From the NCBI GenBank assembly GCA_049515895.1, contig JBEKTQ010000014.1:20943-84942 (forward strand): DNA of 64,000 bases, given 5' to 3'. This DNA comes from Candidatus Bathyarchaeia archaeon (GTDB lineage: Archaea; Thermoproteota; Bathyarchaeia; Bathyarchaeales; Bathycorpusculaceae). A program made the position numbers and the translations under genes. Shown here in pieces: positions 9,114 through 19,159 of the stretch; the stretch's first letter is position 1; each line of letters starts with the position of its first letter. Below the pieces are notes generated by a model, which worked only from the letters and a program-made list of their open reading frames with translations, was not told the origin of the DNA and did not search any database.

Positions 9114-10838
9114 TTATGTTTTGTCCTCGTTCAATATTCTCTTGGCATCTCGAATGTCAATTTTAGCGTGATGCCCGTGTTTTTCTAGCAACGATAACAA
9201 GTTCGAACCATTCAAAAGAGTTATTGGTTTGCCTTTTGCAAAATTGTATGAATCTGACCCATAATCTGAAGTAGTTACTAGTATGCCTTTTGTCGCGCCT
9301 TCATTCATAACAGTGCCAAATAGGTCTCTTACTGCTGAGACACCGACAGTATTGGTGTATCTTTTTGCTTGAATAACAATTTTGCCCCCCCTAATCGGGT
9401 CTGGGTCAAACGCCACAGCATCAACGCCCCCATCTCTACTGGCTTGGGTAATTTTTACTTCTCCGCCATTGGCTTGAAATTCTTTTTCAAATAGTTCTCT
9501 AATTAAGTTCTCAAAATCTTCCCAATCCATTGCTGCAAGATTTGTTGAATTATCTATTTTGTTTTCGACTTCGTAGCTATCGACAAATCTATGGTCCTCT
9601 CTGCTCATTTGTAAAATTGGTTGAACAGGAGTTAATGTGCTTAATTTACTAGCTGCAACCCCTTTTAAGGTCTTAAAGCACGTTTTAGGATCGACGTTTT
9701 TCAAGTCAATGTTCATGAACTCTTCCTTTTTAGCCTGTATACTCAAAATGCAGTTGTTTTCCTCTTTACCCGTAGCTTTATTTATAGAGTTTACCCAACC
9801 GTTAAACGAGATAGCATCGATGACGTTTATTACGTCCGATTCAAAAAGTTCATGTATTGTCCTAAGAGTTATTTTATAGATGATTTCATCGTACATTTTG
9901 TTTATCTGGTTGTCGGGAATCAGAGTCTCTTTGAGTTCTTTTCTTGCTGCTATGTACTTTACCTCTTTTAGCGCTGGAACATCACTTTGAGAAGGAAGTT
10001 CATATTCTATAATTAGCATTTTGTTCTCTGGATTATACTCAACTTCAAAGTTGCTTGGAAAAGATTCGGGGTATTTGGAGTTATTTAAGACCATATCAAA
10101 ATATTCATAGATTGAACCAGGATCTTTGGATAGGTATTTTTGCTTTTGCAGGTCAATGCCAGCGTTAAACTCTTCTTGTTTTTTTAGAAATGCCTTCTTT
10201 CGTTCTTCCCATTGAGAAACGTCATTTTCCCAAGTTTTAAGCTGTTTTTCATAATCCAAATCTAATTCTAGGTTATATTGATCAACAGACGCTTTTTCTT
10301 TTTCCCAGTTTGATAAAGCTGTTGAATATCTTGTCTCAAATTCTTTAATTTTCAGTTCCATTTTTGATTTAAACATCTTTTCAGTAAAAGAAAATGTCGG
10401 CTCTTCTTCCACAGGTTTGTTTGGGTATGTTTTTTTGACTTGTCGGCATGGTTTGATTGGCATTGGTTCTGTATAATGTTCTTTCTTTTTCAATTTTTCC
10501 CAGTTTACCGCATTGTTAATTGACAGTGAATCAAGAAGAATATTTTCGACGGTATTTTGTGCATTAACTGCATCCTGCGTCCTTTTAATTGCCTCATCTA
10601 TGTTGGCTTCTTTTTCTTGATTGACTTCGCGTCGACAAGAAACTATATCCCATTTTTCTCGCCATTTAGCCTTCTGAATGTTAATTTTATTCTCAAGCAT
10701 GTATTGATCAGGGGCGGAAATTATCTTATGCTCATTCAGTCCTTCATGAGACATCTCTACGAAATAACTCAAAACACGGTTTCCAGAGGCGCTAATACGT
10801 TGTCGTTTATACCCCACTTTAATTTGATCATCAGCCAT
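9114..10838 (-). CDS. mrr: Mrr-family (type IV) restriction endonuclease with long N-terminal coiled coil
   Basis: WEDFENLIRELF...SRDGGVDAVA...IQAKRY...VSAVRDL Mrr_cat signature. Confidence 0.85.
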   Translation of the reverse strand: MADDQIKVGYKRQRISASGNRVLSYFVEMSHEGLNEHKIISAPDQYMLENKINIQKAKWREKWDIVSCRREVNQEKEANIDEAIKRTQDAVNAQNTVENILLDSLSINNAVNWEKLKKKEHYTEPMPIKPCRQVKKTYPNKPVEEEPTFSFTEKMFKSKMELKIKEFETRYSTALSNWEKEKASVDQYNLELDLDYEKQLKTWENDVSQWEERKKAFLKKQEEFNAGIDLQKQKYLSKDPGSIYEYFDMVLNNSKYPESFPSNFEVEYNPENKMLIIEYELPSQSDVPALKEVKYIAARKELKETLIPDNQINKMYDEIIYKITLRTIHELFESDVINVIDAISFNGWVNSINKATGKEENNCILSIQAKKEEFMNIDLKNVDPKTCFKTLKGVAASKLSTLTPVQPILQMSREDHRFVDSYEVENKIDNSTNLAAMDWEDFENLIRELFEKEFQANGGEVKITQASRDGGVDAVAFDPDPIRGGKIVIQAKRYTNTVGVSAVRDLFGTVMNEGATKGILVTTSDYGSDSYNFAKGKPITLLNGSNLLSLLEKHGHHAKIDIRDAKRILNEDKT

Positions 10839-10966
10839 TTACGATCCCTGGTACCCCTAATTTTGAATTTTTGGTTTCACAGAATGTTATAGGTTTTTAA
10901 TATAAAAGATTATGTAAGAAACCCATTATAGGCTTTTTTCACCATATTTGTTAAGATATGAATTTC

Positions 10967-11707
10967 TCATGAGATCTTGTTTTCGCACTCTTCGAATCTA
11001 CAGCTTTTGCATTTCTTGATATTACAATGATGGAAAGGTGCAAATTTACCCAAAGCCAACAAAGCAAATCTATTGATCTTTTCCTTCAAGAAATTTTCTG
11101 CCTCCTCAGTTTGGACGCCTTGAAAAACTCTCAGACTCTCCATAGTTGCCTTATCTTTTATGTTGATGATCCAAGCTTTCTTCTCACACGGTATATCAAA
11201 ACAAACCTTTGGGCTAAAAGGGAAGCTCTCACTAAACCGGGAGTTCAAATAAAGTAGAGTCTGAAGCTTTTGCGTATCATACGGCTCAAAAGTGTCTTGA
11301 TACTTCTCTTTATTGGCAGGATATTTCGAATCTTCAACAATCAACGTTCCTTTGCTTCGCAGGACTTTGTCAGCCCTACCTAAAAGCAAAAGCGAAAGCT
11401 TCTCGTTTCCGAAAGATAATTCTCTCTGAAAACGAGTGTATAACCCCTCGCGAGCAAACTCGATATCCCTCGTAAAATCTTCAAGTTCTTCAATGGTGAC
11501 TGGCTTAAAGGTAAAATGCTCTTTCTCAAGCACTTCTTCTTTTTCATGCGATTTAGTGCCATCAATGATTATCTGTGTCTCAGGTGGCTTGATTCCTTTT
11601 AAGAAATGTGTTATGCTGACTTCGCAGTAACCCATGGACGCACAAAAATCAGAAACGGATGCAGTTATTAGCGGGCTTCCATCTCGGGTTTGCTTTATCT
11701 TAATCAT
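10967..11707 (-). CDS. Solo Cas4-like PD-(D/E)XK nuclease (putative Fe-S)
   Basis: N-terminal YCE, GRAD...IVEDSK core, Q-x-x-x-Y, C-terminal CKSCRFEEC; no CRISPR array or other cas genes in the window. Confidence 0.7.
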   Translation of the reverse strand: MIKIKQTRDGSPLITASVSDFCASMGYCEVSITHFLKGIKPPETQIIIDGTKSHEKEEVLEKEHFTFKPVTIEELEDFTRDIEFAREGLYTRFQRELSFGNEKLSLLLLGRADKVLRSKGTLIVEDSKYPANKEKYQDTFEPYDTQKLQTLLYLNSRFSESFPFSPKVCFDIPCEKKAWIINIKDKATMESLRVFQGVQTEEAENFLKEKINRFALLALGKFAPFHHCNIKKCKSCRFEECENKIS

Positions 11708-11846
11708 AATCTAAATCAATCAAGATAGCGCTTAAAAAGCAAACGACTTTGTCATTCAGGCATTTTTAGATTTTCCTCGTTCGATTGGTGAACAAGAAAA
11801 AACTACGAGATGTCGTTAGTTTAAGGTTTCAGTTTGGTATTTGGTT

Positions 11847-13313
11847 TTAGAGTTTGAAGGTTGCACCTGGTTCCTTTAACAGATAGACGTTTTTTGACCA
11901 TTTTGTGTATGCTTGAGCATTTTCTGTATGAATCGGAATAACAGTTTTTGGGCTAACTTGTTCAACAAACTCCTTAAGCTGATTTGCCGAAGCATGCCCT
12001 GAAACATGAGTTGAGGTTATGCCCAATCCAAAATGGTTTATCCAGTTTTGGATTCTCTCCCAATCAATTTCCATTTCCGCATCAAAAGGCTCACAAACCG
12101 ATTTAATGTAAACCGATCCCTCAATGGGGTCAATGTCGATTAGCTCCTTAAGATCAAAGTTGGTACAGAACATTAAGTAGTCTTTTTGGTTGGCTTTGAT
12201 GTCTTTATAGCAGATAGAACGGTCGAGGTATGGTCGTTCCCATGTGTCGTAATCTTGGTTGCGTATCTTCAGGTCACACTTGCTGCTGCCTATGAGTCCC
12301 CAACTTTTCCTGTTAGCATAAAACGTAATGTTCCCATCGTCCAATTTAGGTGCTAATGTGTCTGAGCATTTAGAAAGTTGGTCGAGCAAATATGCTTGCT
12401 TGAGAGAAATTGCGAGCTTCTTATCCATTTTCTTAGCTGCGTTTAGGAAGGAGAGCATTCGATCCGTGTCTCTAACAGACCAATTACAGACTGAAATCCC
12501 TTTTGCACCATTAGAAATGTTACAGATCTCATCTTCCACGTCTGCTTCTTTTTTTGACGACTCCTCATCAACTCTTGTTCCTTCTATAACCAATAAATCG
12601 GGTCTAGCATCTTTGCAGGCATACATAAATTCAGTAGTTTCCTTTTCTCTGCGTCCATGAAATCTAAAATCACCTGTGTAGACAACGGTACCTGACGAAG
12701 TGTGAATAATGTACCCAGTTGCTCCTGAAAGTGAGTGGTCAACTCGATAAGGTTCAATGGTCAGATGCTTTATTTTGAAGGGTTTGCCAAATTCGAACGT
12801 TTGATAGTTTCGGTCAACTTTTAGGTCTTCGTGAGATTGAGTAGTCTTACGGCTTAACTCACCTTTCTTGTTAACGTACGTTTCAAAGCACCGGGTCAAA
12901 TCCGTTATATCGTTGAAGCTTCCTGCGCCTGTATCATTCATCGCCTTAAGAATACGGTAACTTTCTTGCGAGCAGAAAATGGGCAAATCCTCCCGAAGGT
13001 GGTTTATGTAAGAAGCATGGTCCGCATGGGCATGCGATAAAAGCATCCCATCAAAACCCAGCGACTCATGAGGACGCTCCATATGCTTAAGAAAATCTTC
13101 TCTGTAGAGTCCTTTAAGATCTGGAATAAGATTGAACTCGATAAAGTCGCCTAGGCCGTTGCATTTTCTGGGCTGCAAGAACTCCGAAAAATATTTGTTT
13201 GCCTGACTAAAACTCATTCCAAAATCCAAAAAAATCTTTGTGTCTCCGTCTTCAAGCAGAATCTTGTTACCGCCGATCTCGTTAACTCCGCCGTAAAACG
13301 TCAGCTCAACCAT
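11847..13313 (-). CDS. Metallo-beta-lactamase/beta-CASP nuclease (RNase J-like)
   Basis: GGVNEIGGN, SHAHADH, VDHS, YTGDFRFHG, HVSGHA, IPIHTE motifs. Confidence 0.85.
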   Translation of the reverse strand: MVELTFYGGVNEIGGNKILLEDGDTKIFLDFGMSFSQANKYFSEFLQPRKCNGLGDFIEFNLIPDLKGLYREDFLKHMERPHESLGFDGMLLSHAHADHASYINHLREDLPIFCSQESYRILKAMNDTGAGSFNDITDLTRCFETYVNKKGELSRKTTQSHEDLKVDRNYQTFEFGKPFKIKHLTIEPYRVDHSLSGATGYIIHTSSGTVVYTGDFRFHGRREKETTEFMYACKDARPDLLVIEGTRVDEESSKKEADVEDEICNISNGAKGISVCNWSVRDTDRMLSFLNAAKKMDKKLAISLKQAYLLDQLSKCSDTLAPKLDDGNITFYANRKSWGLIGSSKCDLKIRNQDYDTWERPYLDRSICYKDIKANQKDYLMFCTNFDLKELIDIDPIEGSVYIKSVCEPFDAEMEIDWERIQNWINHFGLGITSTHVSGHASANQLKEFVEQVSPKTVIPIHTENAQAYTKWSKNVYLLKEPGATFKL

Positions 13314-13599
13314 AATCGCTCGCTTCTACCGAACACATTAGTTTGAAGTCTTAATAGAAGCTTCTGAATTCCGGGCCTAGATTTTATAAGTTCTAACCTT
13401 AAACGCTGTAGGCCTCTAATGGATTTGCACTGAATCGGAGTCGGAACTATCATTTTAAGATCACTAACTTCCTCTAAAAATATAGAAAAAGCGCGCACGA
13501 GTGCCATGACTCAAGCTATGCTTGACGGTTTCGCAAATGTTTGCTAATGAATATATAGTAAATTTCTTAAACGAATTTGCCAAATAGTATTGGTGATGT

Positions 13600-15444
13600 T
13601 TGGTGTCTGTTCCAAAAGGTATTCATGGAATCGCAAAGAATGTTTTTGAACTATTAATGAACAAAAAATACAAACTTGACTATTACCAAAGAGAATATAC
13701 TTGGGAGACTTCGAACATAATCGAGCTCTTGGAAGATCTTACTTCCAAATTCTTTGTAGCTTTTGACAAGAATGATAATCGCGAAGACGTTAAGAAATAT
13801 CCTACTTACTTTCTTGGTTCAATAGTAATTAATGAAAAAGAGAGCGGTAATTTCATAATTGATGGGCAGCAACGTCTTACATCCTTAACTCTCCTTTTAA
13901 TGTACCTTAATAATTTGCAGCAAAACATTCCAGAAAAAGTCAGTTTAGACTATTTGATTTTTTCAGAATCATTCGGAAAGAAATCATTCAACCTTGAAGT
14001 AGATGAAAGAGACGCATGCATGGCCGCTCTTTACAAAAACAGTATTTTGGATGTGACAAACGCTAACGAATCGGTTAAGAACCTTTATGCACGTTACCAA
14101 GACATCAAAGAAAATTTTCCTGAAGATTTGGAAAATAACAGTCTACCCTTTTTCATCGATTGGTTGTTAAACAGAGTTGAAATGGTTGAAATTAGAGCAT
14201 TCAGCGACGAAGATGCATACACTATTTTTGAGACAATGAACGATCGTGGTGTCACACTAAACCCAACTGATATGCTAAAAGGGTACCTTCTAACGAATAT
14301 GCATCCAGACAGCAGGTTGGCTGCAAATCAATTATGGCGAAGCCAAGTGGGCGACCTAATAAAAATAGACAAAAATGAGGAAACTAATTTCTTTAAGGTG
14401 TGGCTGAGAGCAAAATATGCTCAGTCTATACGGGAGAGAAAAAGAGGCGCGATTAACCAAGATTGGGAGAACATTAACTCTTATCATCGATGGTTACGTC
14501 ATGAATCCAAAGAATTGAAGCTTGAGAACCCAAACGATTTCTCAAATATTGTGACCTGTAATTTTAAATTCTTCTCCACTCAGCATATTAGAAATCTCAT
14601 AGCTTCTGTCATGCTGAGCGAAGGAATGGAATACGTTTATTATAATGCCAGCAATGAATTTACGCTTCAATACCCTTTATTGCTTGCACCTCTCAAAACT
14701 GCTGATGACAACAATGTTATCGACAAAAAAATCAGGCTCGTGGCTGGATATATTGACATATTTATAGCCAGAAGAGTTTGGAATCAAAGAACACTCGGCT
14801 ACTCTTCAATTGTCTACACTATGTTCAACTTAATGAAGGAGATAAGGGACAAGACTGTTGAGGAACTCGTAAGTATTCTTACAATGAAGGTTCAACAAAT
14901 GGAAGAAACCTTCGAGTCTTACCCTGCATTTTCCTTGAACCAGCAAAATCGTAGATACATCCATCGTTTGTTGGCTAGAATTACACAACATATCGAGGAG
15001 CAAAGTGGAATTCCATCGCGCTATGAAGATTACATTTCAAGTGAAATAGCCAAACCCTTTGAAATCGAACACATATGGGCTAAGAAATTTGATTACCATA
15101 CAGATGAATTTGATAATGATTACGAATTTCAGGAATACAGAAATCGTATAGGCGGATTACTTTTAGTTCAAAGAGGTTTTAACCAAAGTTATGGAGAACT
15201 GCCGTACGTAGATAAGTTACCCCTCTATTTTGGTCAAAACCTTCTAGCAAAAAGCCTGAACCCAAATTGTTACAAATCAAATCCTAGCTTTGAAACTTAC
15301 ATCAAAGCGAGTGGCTTGCAGTTTCAGGCTCATCAAAATTTCAAAAAAAGCGATCTTGAACAGCGGATGATGCTTTACAAAGAAATTTGCAAGGAAATCT
15401 GGAACCCAAATAGGTTCGCGGCAGAATTAATGGGTACCGTCTAG
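13600..15444 (+). CDS. DUF262-DUF1524 (GmrSD/SspE-like) modification-dependent nuclease
   Basis: YQREYTW, IDGQQRLT, FETMNDRG (DUF262); IEHIW...N..G.L...N HNH-like DUF1524. Confidence 0.9.
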   Translation: MVSVPKGIHGIAKNVFELLMNKKYKLDYYQREYTWETSNIIELLEDLTSKFFVAFDKNDNREDVKKYPTYFLGSIVINEKESGNFIIDGQQRLTSLTLLLMYLNNLQQNIPEKVSLDYLIFSESFGKKSFNLEVDERDACMAALYKNSILDVTNANESVKNLYARYQDIKENFPEDLENNSLPFFIDWLLNRVEMVEIRAFSDEDAYTIFETMNDRGVTLNPTDMLKGYLLTNMHPDSRLAANQLWRSQVGDLIKIDKNEETNFFKVWLRAKYAQSIRERKRGAINQDWENINSYHRWLRHESKELKLENPNDFSNIVTCNFKFFSTQHIRNLIASVMLSEGMEYVYYNASNEFTLQYPLLLAPLKTADDNNVIDKKIRLVAGYIDIFIARRVWNQRTLGYSSIVYTMFNLMKEIRDKTVEELVSILTMKVQQMEETFESYPAFSLNQQNRRYIHRLLARITQHIEEQSGIPSRYEDYISSEIAKPFEIEHIWAKKFDYHTDEFDNDYEFQEYRNRIGGLLLVQRGFNQSYGELPYVDKLPLYFGQNLLAKSLNPNCYKSNPSFETYIKASGLQFQAHQNFKKSDLEQRMMLYKEICKEIWNPNRFAAELMGTV

Positions 15445-15457
15445 AAGTTCCATAGGG

Positions 15458-16603
15458 ATGAATCAAATAACTGACAACTCTTTTGAGTTGAGCATGCGAC
15501 AGAACCAAAATCAGCTTGAGTGCAAACTAACAAAAACCCCTTGCATATCTATGACTGTAGCTTCAAAGGAATTCTTCCTAGAACAAAAAACACTTTCAAG
15601 CATAATAGATTCCTACAGCACCGTTGCTAAGCTGGTTGGAAAAAAGAAGACAAGAAATATAGATTTTTTTGAAGCTCTATCGATTTTGGGCGCTGAAATC
15701 GGCTTTGGGATCGCAAATATTTTTGAACATTTTGGATTAATGTACACCAAAAGGCGTATCAACCTAACACTAAAACTGGATGATTGGACTCGAAGAATCC
15801 CATGGGAACTAGCCATGGTCCCAGATTACCCAGAACAACTGCTCTGCGAAAGATTCAATATTGGAAGAGCAATGGATGTTGAATGTAAAAATCAATGGGA
15901 AACAGCTCCTAACACGAAAACAAGTAAACGGAGTTTAAAATCATTAGTTGTCGGACTAAATTACACGAAGAATTCAATATACACTCCATTAGATCGGTCA
16001 GAAGAAGATGCTAAAGCAGTACACGAATACTTGACAAAATTCTCAAAAAGCAAGAATGGAAGAGACTTGGAAGTTCTTCCAAAACTAATAGGTGGAAACG
16101 CAAGAAAAGAGACATTGGAAAAACGGTTAAAAGAAGGAATAACTATGTTTCATTTTTCTGGGCATGGAGAACTTTACAGAAATATTGGCAAAATAATTCT
16201 AGCTAATGATAAACAATTAACAACTAAGGAACTCAGTTGCATATTCTATAACAATCAAACTAGGGCACCGACATTTTCTTTCATGAACGCATGCGAGACC
16301 TGCCTTCAAAAAAATGGTGAATCGGACATCCATGATTGGGCCCTCGCAATGGCTACATATGGCGCTAGGGCTCTAATCGGTACTTTTTGGAGCGTTATGG
16401 ATGAAGATGCAACCGATTTTTCATTAGCATTCTATAGGTATTTCTTGAAGGAAGGAAAGACGATAGGCGATTCTGTACGGAGAGCAAGACTCTTTGTTAA
16501 GGATAAGAAAACTGAAGGAAACGATTTAGACCCCATGGTCACTTGGTCCGCATTCGTGCTGTATGGTCCTCCTATGTTAAAAGCAAGAGATATTTTGGTA
16601 TAA
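15458..16603 (+). CDS. Stand-alone CHAT-domain (caspase-like) protease
   Basis: IPWELA, FHFSGHG (catalytic His), NACET (catalytic Cys), GTFWSV.D, WSAFVLYG. Confidence 0.85.
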   Translation: MNQITDNSFELSMRQNQNQLECKLTKTPCISMTVASKEFFLEQKTLSSIIDSYSTVAKLVGKKKTRNIDFFEALSILGAEIGFGIANIFEHFGLMYTKRRINLTLKLDDWTRRIPWELAMVPDYPEQLLCERFNIGRAMDVECKNQWETAPNTKTSKRSLKSLVVGLNYTKNSIYTPLDRSEEDAKAVHEYLTKFSKSKNGRDLEVLPKLIGGNARKETLEKRLKEGITMFHFSGHGELYRNIGKIILANDKQLTTKELSCIFYNNQTRAPTFSFMNACETCLQKNGESDIHDWALAMATYGARALIGTFWSVMDEDATDFSLAFYRYFLKEGKTIGDSVRRARLFVKDKKTEGNDLDPMVTWSAFVLYGPPMLKARDILV

Positions 16604-16786
16604 AGTAAGTTCTGTTCGTAAAAGATAAAATTCCCAAGCACGGCGCGCCGCGCTAAAATGTAGAGGTTTTTGGGCTAAGGAACAAATTTCATCGTACGTT
16701 TGCCTAACCATCCAAAGAGCTAAACGGAGTGCGCTGCCGCAATCCCTACAAAAACATATATACTATTAGCCTGAAACCTCGTTGCT

Positions 16787-17902
16787 ATGACAATAATTGT
16801 CGCAGTGAAGTTCTCCAACGGAGTAGTTGTTGCAACAGATAGTAGGTCCATTTATGGAGAAGCACAATATGTACGAGACACGGAAAGAAAGATAGATACC
16901 TTAAACGATAAAGTTGCCGTCACTTCTTCAGGAATCAGGGCAGCGTCTAATAGAATATTCAAAGAGCTTAGATCTTATGTGGAAGCAAATGAGAATCTAA
17001 CTTTTGACGAAATTGTTAGTGAATGTGAAGATCTCATGAGGAACTTTTATAAAAGGTACAGTGGTCGTCTGAAGGAAGAGTTAGAGGACGGTTGGAGTTT
17101 TGAGCTGTTTTCCTCGGAAAGAATGGTTATTATTGAATCTGATGGAGTTGCTGACGAAGAAGAAAGTTATCTTTGTGATGGAAGTGGTACTCCCTATGCT
17201 GAGTACATTCTGCGACAGCGTTACAAGCCAGATCTTACAGAACAAGAATGCAAAGAACTTGCCTGCTATGTTGTTCTTCAAACATCTCTGATAGACCCTA
17301 ATGTCGGAGGACCCGTAAATCTGTGCGTTCTAAAAGAAATAGGTCTTAAGCACTTAACACGCCCTGAAATAGACGAGATTGTCGAGAATATCAAAGAAAC
17401 TCCTATAGAACAACAAATAAAAATTCAAAGTTTAGTTGAGGAAATTGTTGAGGAAAGACGATGGATTAATGACTTGTTTAAAAACAAATTCAAGACAGCC
17501 TTATTCAAACAGGATGAATACGCCATTTCGCAGATTCAAAAAACTTGCAAAAACGAAAACGATTTTACCAACAGAATATCGGCGCTAGCGGTATTGATAG
17601 ACCGAACGGAATCATTAGATGTTGATGACAGACTTGGAGAAAAAAACAAGGCTTCCATCAATCGGTTGCAAGTCTTCGCAGATAAAAATATGCCCAAGCT
17701 AAATCCTGAGTGTATTAAAAATCTAAGAGAAATCTACACGCTTAGAAGCCACAAGATGCCAATTCACGAAGATGATCCAAGATTAATGCAGATACTCCTT
17801 CAATGGGAATACAAGATACCACCTAACTGGGGAAATCTTTGGGAGAAAGCTCTCACAAAATATCGGGACAGCCTAAAGATGTTGAAAGCAGCTGTTCAGT
17901 GA
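16787..17902 (+). CDS. Proteasome beta-type Ntn protease fused to a C-terminal HEPN-like domain
   Basis: M-T-IIVAV...ATDSR...RKI...GSG...IDPNVGG (Thr1/Asp17/Lys33/Ser129/Asp166 equivalents); C-terminal helical domain with LRSHKMPIH. Confidence 0.75.
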   Translation: MTIIVAVKFSNGVVVATDSRSIYGEAQYVRDTERKIDTLNDKVAVTSSGIRAASNRIFKELRSYVEANENLTFDEIVSECEDLMRNFYKRYSGRLKEELEDGWSFELFSSERMVIIESDGVADEEESYLCDGSGTPYAEYILRQRYKPDLTEQECKELACYVVLQTSLIDPNVGGPVNLCVLKEIGLKHLTRPEIDEIVENIKETPIEQQIKIQSLVEEIVEERRWINDLFKNKFKTALFKQDEYAISQIQKTCKNENDFTNRISALAVLIDRTESLDVDDRLGEKNKASINRLQVFADKNMPKLNPECIKNLREIYTLRSHKMPIHEDDPRLMQILLQWEYKIPPNWGNLWEKALTKYRDSLKMLKAAVQ

Positions 17903-18064
17903 GTCTTGTCTTTATATGATACATAATTTTTCAAGGATGAAAAAATCGACTGCAAGAAATGCATTAAAATGATTTATTTCCGCAGAATTTTAGCATCCGG
18001 AGGCGACCGTTTACAGTAAAGCTAAAGAGATCCAACCGAATAAGTTATAGGCCAGTGGGATCTC

Positions 18065-19159
18065 TTGGCTAAAAAACATGTATTGCTCGTCGAACCTGAC
18101 TATTATACTCAATTCCCGCCGCTAGGACTGCTAAAGCTTTCCACTTTTTATAAGAATCAAGGTTCAACTACAGAATTGATTCGTGGAACTAAGGATTGTA
18201 GCCGGGAACCTGATTTAATTTACATTACCAGTCTTTTCACGTGGTCTTGGGAACCAGTGTGGAAAGCAGTTAGATTCTACTCCACCTCATTTCCAAGTTC
18301 AGACCTATGGCTGGGTGGACTTTACGCTTCTTTGATGCCCGAGCATGCAGCACTAAGTGGAGTTCACACTGACCACGTTTTCAAAGGAATATTTCCTGAA
18401 GCTGAAAATCTTCGTCCAGATTATAGTCTTGTACCAGAATGGAATCAAAAGGAAAAAGCGAGTATTCTCTTCTCATCCAGAGGTTGCATAAGAAACTGTG
18501 GATTCTGCGCAGTTCCACAATTGGAAGGCAAAATAGTTACTAACAGCTCACAAATTAGTGATTTGCTTTATCCTGAACACACTAAGATCATATTATTTGA
18601 CAACAATTTTTTGGCTTCTTCAAAATGGGAAAGCACTCTTGAGGAGATTAAGAGTCTCGATTTGAGAGTGGATTTCAATCAAGGTTTGGATGCTAGACTG
18701 ATAACACCTTTAGTTGCTAAGAAATTGGCAAAGGTCAAAATTGACAAGGTAATTAGATTGTCGTATGACAATTGCCAAACTGGAACAAATGTTGAGAAAG
18801 CAATTAAGCTTCTCAAATCTGAAGGAATTAATGGAAAAAGCATACTCGTGTACACGCTATTCAATTTCACAGACGATCCACAGGACTTTTTTGAACGCAT
18901 GAAAGATGTTCTCAAATGGGGCGCAGTCTGTTACCCGATGCGTTATGAGCCTTTGCGAACACTTTTCAAAAACAAATATGTTTCTTCAAAATGGACAGCT
19001 AACGAACTTGAAGCAATTCAGAGAGCACGCAGAGTAATCGGTTTTGGAGGAGCTTTTGCACCTCATAAGGGCATGCTAAACGTAAAAGTGGAAAACTGTA
19101 ACACTTTCGAAAAAGCTTTCAAGGAGTTTATGAATCCAGAGGCGAAGATAGAAGAATGA
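18065..19159 (+). CDS. Radical SAM enzyme with B12-binding-like N-terminus
   Basis: FPPLGLLKLS...ITSLFTW...LGGLYAS; SRGCIRNCGFC (CxxxCxxC); DNNFL; FNQGLDAR. Confidence 0.85.
   Translation: MAKKHVLLVEPDYYTQFPPLGLLKLSTFYKNQGSTTELIRGTKDCSREPDLIYITSLFTWSWEPVWKAVRFYSTSFPSSDLWLGGLYASLMPEHAALSGVHTDHVFKGIFPEAENLRPDYSLVPEWNQKEKASILFSSRGCIRNCGFCAVPQLEGKIVTNSSQISDLLYPEHTKIILFDNNFLASSKWESTLEEIKSLDLRVDFNQGLDARLITPLVAKKLAKVKIDKVIRLSYDNCQTGTNVEKAIKLLKSEGINGKSILVYTLFNFTDDPQDFFERMKDVLKWGAVCYPMRYEPLRTLFKNKYVSSKWTANELEAIQRARRVIGFGGAFAPHKGMLNVKVENCNTFEKAFKEFMNPEAKIEE

Noticed and set aside
10967-11707. Cas4-like gene as evidence of a CRISPR-Cas locus
   Set aside because: No repeat-spacer array and no cas1/cas2 or effector genes seen in the window
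659-16655. Integron cassette array explaining the cargo genes
   Set aside because: Genes lie in both orientations with apparent own promoters, no repeated attC-like R''/R' boxes found, and no IntI-type integrase recognised
16787-17902. Housekeeping proteasome beta subunit (psmB)
   Set aside because: No propeptide, ~165-aa extra C-terminal domain, and located inside the accessory island
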